Sequence record: MK250021.1 | Reading direction: 5' to 3' (one strand) | DNA length: 64,000 bases | In this document: positions 42,826 to 49,872 of the stretch, piece by piece | Position numbering within the stretch: position 1 is the first letter of the stretch | How the letters are laid out: each line of letters opens with the position of its first letter | Notes under the pieces: model-generated | What the model saw: the letters and a program-made list of their open reading frames with translations, nothing else | Told to the model about the DNA's origin: nothing | The model's database searches: none | Translations under genes and position numbers: made by a program

Positions 42826-43278
42826 ATGAAAATATTAAATGATATAGTTAATAAAAAAGTATTAATAATATATAAATGTAATGGTCCTGCTGGATGGCAT
42901 AGAGATTATTGTGGTTATAAAATTGGGAAAATAGTAGAATATAATATTGAAAATAATACTATTAATATTGAAGATAAAAAGAAAAATATAAAAACATATA
43001 AAATTATAGATAAAAAAGATCCATTTAATTTAAATTTAATACAAAATAATGATAATAGATTCGCATATTATCATATTTCAAAATATAGGCAAATACGTGA
43101 ATGGGAAAATGTTTTTATATATAATGATGCATTAACTATTTTAAAAAATAGTATTAAACAATCACATTCACAATATGTATATAAACTATTTTGTTTATCT
43201 TCATTTTCATATGGTAAAAAAACAAAGAAAAGGTTTTTAAGAGATTTATTAAAGGAATTAGAAGAAAATTATCAATAA
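42826..43278 (+). CDS. paralog family X member 4
   Basis: MKILNDIVNKKVLIIY...YCGYKIGKIVEYN...DPF...KK.FL..LLKEL. Confidence 0.75.
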   Translation: MKILNDIVNKKVLIIYKCNGPAGWHRDYCGYKIGKIVEYNIENNTINIEDKKKNIKTYKIIDKKDPFNLNLIQNNDNRFAYYHISKYRQIREWENVFIYNDALTILKNSIKQSHSQYVYKLFCLSSFSYGKKTKKRFLRDLLKELEENYQ

Positions 43279-43303
43279 TATTTTTTGTTTAAAATAAAAT
43301 GTG

Positions 43304-43311
43304 TATCTTTG
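43304..43311 (+). promoter_or_regulatory. Bacteroidota-type -7 element TATCTTTG
   Basis: Upstream of ATG 43353; downstream AACAATTAAAAATATAA is shared with the 11683 and 45931 sites. Confidence 0.7.
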
Positions 43312-43352
43312 TATTGTTAATAAAATAATGAACAATTAAAAATATAAACAAT

Positions 43353-43679
43353 ATGAAAGCAAATTTTGTAACGGTTATCAAGAAGAGAGCAATCAAGAAT
43401 GTACCAGCATTTCAAGATTTCTCAATGAAACAGATTAAGGTTATTAGTAATTCACCTAATTATCCAAATTCTGTAACTTTATCTATGGACATTTATTGTG
43501 ATAATGTTGATGGTTATATTTTTAATAATGCATCTACAAATGAACAATATGCATTGACATCTGTTCAACTTAGTGACGCATTACGTAAGATGATTAGTAA
43601 TAAAAAGTGTTATAAGCCTAACAGTAAGGAAGATTTACTTAGACTTACATTTGATACTATTGAATCTTTTAAATTTTAA
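43353..43679 (+). CDS. hypothetical early protein
   Basis: 108-aa ORF. Confidence 0.7.
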   Translation: MKANFVTVIKKRAIKNVPAFQDFSMKQIKVISNSPNYPNSVTLSMDIYCDNVDGYIFNNASTNEQYALTSVQLSDALRKMISNKKCYKPNSKEDLLRLTFDTIESFKF

Positions 43680-43691
43680 TTAATTTAAATG

Positions 43692-43720
43692 TAGACAATA
43701 ATACATTATTAATATATAAT
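43692..43720 (+). promoter_or_regulatory. sigma70-like promoter TAGACA-N17-TATAAT upstream of the tRNA
   Basis: Exact 17-nt spacer; second copy TAGACA-N17-TATAAA at 43780-43808. Confidence 0.65.
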
Positions 43721-43928
43721 ATATATAAATTATTTGATTAAACAAATTAATGAAAAATTAAAAATAATTTATTAAAATGTAGACAATATCAAATAAATAA
43801 CATATAAATAATATAATAATTAAAAACAAACGCTTATTTGATTTTCGTAGCGTTATGGATAAGTTGATAGAATTCAGAAATTCCTTTTAAGACGAATACA
43901 CATGGAATGGTCCATTGGTGGAATTGGT

Positions 43929-44237
43929 AAAGTGTTTGCCTGCATTAATTTGTAGAATCCATCAAATTCAGTATCAGTTAGGATTAAATTTTAAATATTA
44001 GTAGTTGCTATTGACGAAAATATTGACAATAATTAATTTATTGTTACCTGAGGAATAAGTGTTTATTTAATAAACAACGAAGAAGCTGACTAAGAAAACC
44101 TAAGGTCTTCATAAGAAGATAGCTTGGTAATACTGAGCCAAGATAATTTTTAATTATAAGGTGCAGAGACTATACGGTGGGAACTAATAGCAAGTTAAGA
44201 TATAGTCCAAACTTTATAGAAATATAAAGAGTTTTTG
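43929..44237 (+). ncRNA. group I intron 1 (309 nt) in the tRNA D-loop
   Basis: Exon ends in U, intron ends in G; P1 GGT|AAA pairs TTTGCC with U-G at the splice site; P10 GTGTTT pairs 3' exon AGACAC; P3 CCATC/GGTGG; P7 GACTA(44168)/TAGTC(44203); S element AAGATATAGTCC. Confidence 0.88.
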
Positions 44238-44252
44238 AGACACGAGGGACTT

Positions 44253-44600
44253 AAAAAATTTGAGTGCTCTATTGAGAAATCATAGAAGTAGAATCTCCCT
44301 AACGAAACGGAAGCCTAATTATTGGTGACAATAATGGTGGTGACGAACTCACTAAGTTGTTATAGAACGTTAATCTATATTAAATGTAAATTGAAGTGTT
44401 ACAGCATAAATAGCGAAGAGACTATAGAGGAGATACCTAAGTTAAAGTACACGAAGAATAATCAATTAGATTATCACTATATATGAAGAGTATATAGTTT
44501 TATAATAAGGAATGCGCATTACTTTAATATGGTAGTAAAATAGTCCAGACTACAACATCTTAATAATTAAGATGGCTTGTATTAAAGCAAGAGTAGTAAG
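44253..44600 (+). ncRNA. group I intron 2 (348 nt) in the anticodon (U^AA)
   Basis: P1 ACTT|AAA pairs TTTGAGT with U-G at the splice site; P3 ATCTCC(44293)/GGAGAT(44429); P7 GACTA(44420)/TAGTC(44541); terminal G 44600. Confidence 0.9.
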
Positions 44601-44656
44601 AAAATCCCTTGGGCAGAAATGCCCGTGCCGGTTCGAATCCGGCATGGACTACATAT

Positions 44657-44700
44657 AAAAGTCTGATAATCAATAGCTTAGATTATCAGACTTTTATTTT
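44657..44700 (+). terminator. intrinsic terminator after the tRNA
   Basis: AAAAGTCTGATAATC/GATTATCAGACTTTT 15-bp perfect stem followed by a T-run. Confidence 0.85.
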
Positions 44701-44736
44701 TATATAGTATATAAAGTATAATTAATATTTTTAATA

Positions 44737-45873
44737 ATGATTACAATTACAGAACAATATATAAAAGAGTACCAAAAGAAATTAGATGATATTTCTAAAT
44801 CATTTGATTTAGAGAAACAACATATTATAGTTGAAGAATTATCAATTAAAGTTTCTGCACCAGATTTTTGGGATGATTTTGAAAGTGCGACATCAATCAC
44901 AAAAGAACTTAATACAGCAAAAGAAAAGATAGATGATGTTGAACATATGAAAATGCTTATTGATGAGTTATCAACTGCATTAATGTATTATAAGGAATTT
45001 GAAGGTAAAGATGAAGAAGAATATATAAATCTAGCGAATTCTGAATTAATTAGTGAATTCAGTAAATTTGAGGATAAGTATAGATTTGTTGATCCTACAG
45101 ATTCATTAGGAGCTGTATTAGACATTAATGCAGGTGCAGGAGGAACAGAAGCAAATGATTGGGCAAATATGTTATTCCGTATGTATGAGATGTGGGCAAA
45201 ATCAAATAATTATAAGTTTAAAGTTTTATATTATTCAGAAGGGGATAAAGTAGGTATTAAAAATGTATCTATTGAAATTACTGGTAATAATGCGTATGGA
45301 ACATTAAAAGGTGAAACCGGTGTTCATAGAATGGTAAGGGTTTCACCATATAATGCACAAGGTAAACGTATGACTAGTTTTGCTGCAGTTTCTGTTGTGC
45401 CTTTAGTAGATAATTCTATCAAGGTTGAAATTGACGATTCTAAATTAACAATAGATACATTTAGATCTTCTGGTGCTGGTGGTCAAAATGTAAATAAGGT
45501 AGAATCTGGTGTACGTGTAAATTATATGTATACAGATCCAGATACAGGTGAAACAGAAAAAATTCAAGTTGCAAATACAGAAACAAGAGATCAACCAAAG
45601 AATAAAGAAAGAGCAATGCAAATTCTTAAATCTATTCTTTATAAGAAAGCATTGGATAAACAATTAGCTAAGAAAAAAGAAATAGAAGATGCAAAACTTA
45701 AAAATGAATGGGGTGCACAAATTAGATCTTATGTATTTGATGATAAGCGAGTAAAAGATCATCGTACAGGTTATCAAACAACTGATGTTGATTCTGTTAT
45801 GAATGGAAATATAAATGGTTTTATAGAATCATATAATAATTGGATTATTGAGCAAGAAAATAATAGACTTTAA
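44737..45873 (+). CDS. prfB: peptide chain release factor 2
   Basis: P.FWDD, GAGGTEANDWA.ML.RMY, GE.GVHRMVRVSPY...R.TSFA (SPF/SPY specificity motif), SGAGGQNVNKVES, WG.QIRSYV; single continuous ORF with no TAG. Confidence 0.96.
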   Translation: MITITEQYIKEYQKKLDDISKSFDLEKQHIIVEELSIKVSAPDFWDDFESATSITKELNTAKEKIDDVEHMKMLIDELSTALMYYKEFEGKDEEEYINLANSELISEFSKFEDKYRFVDPTDSLGAVLDINAGAGGTEANDWANMLFRMYEMWAKSNNYKFKVLYYSEGDKVGIKNVSIEITGNNAYGTLKGETGVHRMVRVSPYNAQGKRMTSFAAVSVVPLVDNSIKVEIDDSKLTIDTFRSSGAGGQNVNKVESGVRVNYMYTDPDTGETEKIQVANTETRDQPKNKERAMQILKSILYKKALDKQLAKKKEIEDAKLKNEWGAQIRSYVFDDKRVKDHRTGYQTTDVDSVMNGNINGFIESYNNWIIEQENNRL

Positions 45874-45930
45874 TTAAATATTTTCTTATAAATAATTAAT
45901 GAAATATTTTCCTATATAAAATAAATTATG

Positions 45931-45938
45931 TATCTTTG
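45931..45938 (+). promoter_or_regulatory. Bacteroidota-type -7 element TATCTTTG
   Basis: Upstream of ATG 45986. Confidence 0.7.
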
Positions 45939-45985
45939 TATTGTTGATAATTAAATTAGTATAAACAATTAAAAATATAAAGGTT

Positions 45986-46207
45986 ATGAAAGTACGTATA
46001 GGAAGAGACGAAAAGTTCATTGAACTTGGTAAGTATGACGATATAACAATTATAGATGATGCTGGTACAGAGTATCGCATTGAAGCAAATGATCCTTGTT
46101 ATCAAGGTAATGGTATAAAAGTTTATGATATTGATGGGTGCATTCTTGTAAAACCATCTACATCAAATCTTGTACAAATTTTCTCGACATCAAAGATTGA
46201 GTTGTAA
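45986..46207 (+). CDS. hypothetical early protein
   Basis: 73-aa ORF. Confidence 0.65.
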   Translation: MKVRIGRDEKFIELGKYDDITIIDDAGTEYRIEANDPCYQGNGIKVYDIDGCILVKPSTSNLVQIFSTSKIEL

Positions 46208-46262
46208 TATCTATAATTGTTTTATATGTTAATATGAAAATTTTAACTATAAAATATATTAT

Positions 46263-46790
46263 ATGGGTTGTCACACATGGGTTTATAAGCTAATCAGTTC
46301 GATGTCTAAAGATGAAATAAACAGAGAAATTGATTGTGTTATTAACGAACGTAAACAGCGTTTTTACATGTCTTCTAATGAGGATGAATATGCAAATAGA
46401 ATGGTAAAACTTACTAAAGATAGTTCTGTTGCACCAATGTCTTATGCAGATGCTATTAAACGTTATAAAGAAGCAAGAGAAGAAACACAACTTATTATAG
46501 ATAAGTTAACACTTGCTAAGCAAACAGGTGATTTATCTGTAATAACATATAAAAATGGATTTGATACATCAGAAGATGATACATATCTTTTCTTATGTAC
46601 AAATACCCCATTTAGATGTTATGAATATACAGATAAACAATTTACAAATAAAGATGAATTGATTTCATATATACATTCAGTTGATCCAAAAAAAATTGAA
46701 GTTTATAATAATGATAAATCATTAGATGAACAGATATATGATTTCTTTAAACTTCATGGTGACAATAATTTATTATTTGAATTCGGTTAA
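46263..46790 (+). CDS. hypothetical protein
   Basis: MGCHTW start, 175 aa. Confidence 0.7.
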   Translation: MGCHTWVYKLISSMSKDEINREIDCVINERKQRFYMSSNEDEYANRMVKLTKDSSVAPMSYADAIKRYKEAREETQLIIDKLTLAKQTGDLSVITYKNGFDTSEDDTYLFLCTNTPFRCYEYTDKQFTNKDELISYIHSVDPKKIEVYNNDKSLDEQIYDFFKLHGDNNLLFEFG

Positions 46791-46792
46791 AA

Positions 46793-47257
46793 ATGAGAAC
46801 AAATAAGTTAAATGAATGTGTACTATCAATGATGTATACAAACATGGATTTAGAAATTGATTCTTATTCATTGTTATGTTGTTTAGATGAAATTGGATTT
46901 ACATATCCGCCCTATCCTAATTCAACTGAATATTTGAATATTGGTGAATCACGGAACCTTAGAGAATTTAATGAAACTAATAAACATGTATTCTATCACA
47001 TGATTTATGATTTTATTAAATGGACATATGGAATATCTGTAAGTTTCTGGGAATCTAAATCAATATCATATAATGAAAGAGGAACAATTGAAAAAGTTGA
47101 TATTGAAGGTATGGATGAAACATCAGATATATATGGTATTATTACAAATATGGTATTTGATGATTTAAATACTGCATATAAAACTGTTGCACATATGATT
47201 GTTTCCGATTTAAATTGGAGACATAAACAAAAGAAAAAATTTTCTAATGTTAAATAA
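46793..47257 (+). CDS. hypothetical protein
   Basis: 154-aa ORF. Confidence 0.65.
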   Translation: MRTNKLNECVLSMMYTNMDLEIDSYSLLCCLDEIGFTYPPYPNSTEYLNIGESRNLREFNETNKHVFYHMIYDFIKWTYGISVSFWESKSISYNERGTIEKVDIEGMDETSDIYGIITNMVFDDLNTAYKTVAHMIVSDLNWRHKQKKKFSNVK

Positions 47258-47318
47258 GACTTTTTTAATAAACAAATATATACATAATAATTAATAATAT
47301 TTTAAATTCTATTTAAAC

Positions 47319-47858
47319 ATGGGATTGTTTGATTTTCTTAATAAGAATAAGTCAGAGGATGTAAGTACATTGTTTACTGACGAAAATAAAGGAAGTTGTG
47401 CTTCTGCAGCTGATGCATATAAGAAGTCTCGTTATGGAATTCTTAAGACTGATAAAATGATGCTTGAGGAATTTTTCACGGATGTTAAGCTTCTTGTAGA
47501 GCAGAAAAATATGGAGCGAAGCTATTGTGGAATGGTTCAAATCGGGGATGATATTATTAAGTACCTTCCTAAGATTAAGGATCGTCTTGGACGTCAGCTC
47601 GGTTATAAAGTAATTGTGTTGGATGATAATACAGTTATTACTAATAATGTATCAAATACAAAAGATATAATTAAGAGTGGACATACGTATCTCCTTCTTA
47701 TTTGGGATAAGTTGTCTGTAGAGGAAGTTGCAGAATATAATGCTACACATCCAGTAAATGATGATTCAGATGATACATCAACTGTTGATTCATTGAAGCA
47801 AGATGAAGATACAAAGAAAGTTGAAACATCTGATACTTCAAAGAAAAACACAAAGTAG
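47319..47858 (+). CDS. hypothetical protein (ends at TAG, or at TAA 47879 if read through)
   Basis: 179-aa ORF. Confidence 0.7.
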   Translation: MGLFDFLNKNKSEDVSTLFTDENKGSCASAADAYKKSRYGILKTDKMMLEEFFTDVKLLVEQKNMERSYCGMVQIGDDIIKYLPKIKDRLGRQLGYKVIVLDDNTVITNNVSNTKDIIKSGHTYLLLIWDKLSVEEVAEYNATHPVNDDSDDTSTVDSLKQDEDTKKVETSDTSKKNTK

Positions 47859-47890
47859 AAGAAACTTAATAAAAAATAATTATCAATTTG

Positions 47891-47919
47891 TAGACAATTT
47901 GTTTATTAAGTAATATAAA
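47891..47919 (+). promoter_or_regulatory. promoter TAGACA-N17-TATAAA upstream of the structured non-coding region
   Basis: Same motif and spacing as 43692 and 43780. Confidence 0.6.
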
Positions 47920-47929
47920 TATTAAGATA

Positions 47930-48155
47930 GAGAAAAAGGTGATAGTAATTATACATTTGATGCTTTTATAATTAACCATTTAATTTGTGTATAATTACTT
48001 TTCTTGTAAATATTTGGTTCGGTTAATTAACGAATATTTACAAACAAAGAAGAGAGAAGTAAAATGTTTTAGAAGAGAAACATTTTACAAATGGAAAAGG
48101 AAAGATAGATATGAGGTGAAAAGTCGTTGTGATAACGGTTTTTCACCATTTTTAT
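47930..48155 (+). ncRNA. putative structured ncRNA (four consecutive hairpins)
   Basis: Perfect stems 47944-55/47988-99, 48004-14/48033-43, 48059-69/48078-88, 48115-22/48140-47 (last followed by a T-run); no ORF. Confidence 0.5.
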
Positions 48156-48189
48156 TTTTATAATATTTTCATAATTTAAAAATTATATG

Positions 48190-48197
48190 TATCTTTG
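48190..48197 (+). promoter_or_regulatory. Bacteroidota-type -7 element TATCTTTG
   Basis: Upstream of ATG 48227. Confidence 0.7.
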
Positions 48198-48226
48198 TAT
48201 TATAATAATTTAAATATAGAACTATT

Positions 48227-49819
48227 ATGAAATATTTGGTTAATTGGATTGAAAAAGAAATGCATCCAGATCAGCATATAAGTTCTAAGTCAACATCTTC
48301 AGAATATTTTTACTTCTATGGTAAAAAGGTTCGACTATCTGATCACTTAAATGGTGAACATAAAGATAATGATTTGGAAATTATATGTGTGCATGATTTA
48401 TTCGGTAAGAATAAACAATACATTGTAAAAGAGGGTTCATCTCCTTCTATCATGTCTGTTCCTGATGTAAAGACTTTAAAAATAGTATTATCTACATTTT
48501 TATTTCAATATAAAAATAGTTATGATAATATACGAATAAAAAATGCTATTACAGAAAGTACGCAAAAAAGTAATTTTGATGTATGCATTGATAAACTCAA
48601 AAATTGTGGAATTCTAAATTCTTCTGATATTGGTTCTATTAACGTATATATGAATACTATTTGTAAACAATGGGGAAGTATGAAAGAAGATCTTCGATTA
48701 ACAATATTACATCTGTTTAATTCTGGTAAAACTATCGAGGAAATAAAAAATATCATTAATGTTGAATTTCCGGTTAATAATGCAAATAATTGGCAAAATG
48801 AAGATATTCAAGATAATATAAACAAGATATATCAATATATTCCATATGATTATAAAATAGATGAGCATATCATTTGTCAAAAATCATTATTAAAGAAAAA
48901 AGTAGAAGATAGTTATAAGAATCTTCTTGTTGAATATGAAAATTATAGACAGCAAACAATAGAGAAATTGTGTCAGCAAGATAAAGACAGATATGTTAAT
49001 ATCTTTGGTTCATTACTTGTAAAAAATACAGATGGACGTTATTCTAAGTTATCTATAGCACAGAGAAAGAAATTTAGAGAACTTGCATACAACAAAGTCC
49101 CTTATGATATATGTCTTAACGTATTTAATCATACATTTAAGATAAAGAAAAATAAAAGATTCTTACCAGAACCTACAGAGCTTGGTAATGTGGTAAATAA
49201 ATTTTTAAAACTATACAACATTGGTATTGTAAAATATCCAGACGAAGAAGATTTTGATAATATATATTCTTCTAACTTTGAAACTAATATTACTACTGTA
49301 GAAAGTAATAATGTAGACGAAGTAGAAAGTAATAATGTAGATGAAGTAGAAACTAATGATAATAATGTTAATGTAGAAGAGATAATCAATCATGATAATG
49401 ATATAATTCATTTTATTCATGATACTGATAAAGTTATAAAGGAATCTTATGAATATGCAAATGCAGAATTTTTGAATATTATTGATATTCATGAAATGTT
49501 TGATAATAATCAGATTAATATTCTTGATGAAGTAATTAAGAAGATTAATGATACAGATAAGTATACATCATTTGAAACTCGTCGTATCACTGATGTATTT
49601 GCAAAGCATTATTCTGATATATGGGATAAGTTAACATGGGGTCAAAAAGGACTTTGTTCAACTATTATTACGGAAGAACGAATGAATCTTAATGAAACAG
49701 ATTTTATTATCAATAAGATATTTGATAAAACATCATTTAATTGGCCTGTAACAGAGCAATGTCGCAAGGATATTAAAATGTATTGTCAACGTATAAAAGA
49801 GAGCCGTATGGCTGCTTAA
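48227..49819 (+). CDS. large early hypothetical protein (N-terminal S.Y......VRLSDH motif; short VESNNVDE tandem repeat at 49298-49345)
   Basis: 530-aa ORF, no TAG. Confidence 0.75.
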   Translation: MKYLVNWIEKEMHPDQHISSKSTSSEYFYFYGKKVRLSDHLNGEHKDNDLEIICVHDLFGKNKQYIVKEGSSPSIMSVPDVKTLKIVLSTFLFQYKNSYDNIRIKNAITESTQKSNFDVCIDKLKNCGILNSSDIGSINVYMNTICKQWGSMKEDLRLTILHLFNSGKTIEEIKNIINVEFPVNNANNWQNEDIQDNINKIYQYIPYDYKIDEHIICQKSLLKKKVEDSYKNLLVEYENYRQQTIEKLCQQDKDRYVNIFGSLLVKNTDGRYSKLSIAQRKKFRELAYNKVPYDICLNVFNHTFKIKKNKRFLPEPTELGNVVNKFLKLYNIGIVKYPDEEDFDNIYSSNFETNITTVESNNVDEVESNNVDEVETNDNNVNVEEIINHDNDIIHFIHDTDKVIKESYEYANAEFLNIIDIHEMFDNNQINILDEVIKKINDTDKYTSFETRRITDVFAKHYSDIWDKLTWGQKGLCSTIITEERMNLNETDFIINKIFDKTSFNWPVTEQCRKDIKMYCQRIKESRMAA

Positions 49820-49825
49820 AATAAC

Positions 49826-49868
49826 AAATAGGATAGATTACTAATTAATAGTATATCTATCCTATTTT
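49826..49868. terminator. bidirectional intrinsic terminator
   Basis: AAATAGGATAGA/TCTATCCTATTT between convergent genes. Confidence 0.75.
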
Positions 49869-49872
49869 ATTT

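Larger units (their letters stand above)
43909..44651 (+). tRNA. trnL-UAA: tRNA-Leu(UAA) in three exons (43909-43928, 44238-44252, 44601-44651) interrupted by two group I introns
   Basis: Joined exons (86 nt): GGTCCAT TG GTGGAATTGGT|AGACAC G AGGGA CTT|AAAA TCCCT TGGGCAGAAATGCCCG T GCCGG TTCGAAT CCGGC ATGGACT A, a canonical class II cloverleaf with discriminator A and no encoded CCA. Confidence 0.92.

Noticed and set aside
43929-44600. Intron-encoded homing endonuclease ORFs
   Set aside because: Both introns are only 309 and 348 nt, are mostly accounted for by core helices and have no long ORF.
49298-49360. 24-nt tandem repeat (VESNNVDE)
   Set aside because: Only 2-3 units within a low-complexity linker; ordinary slippage.
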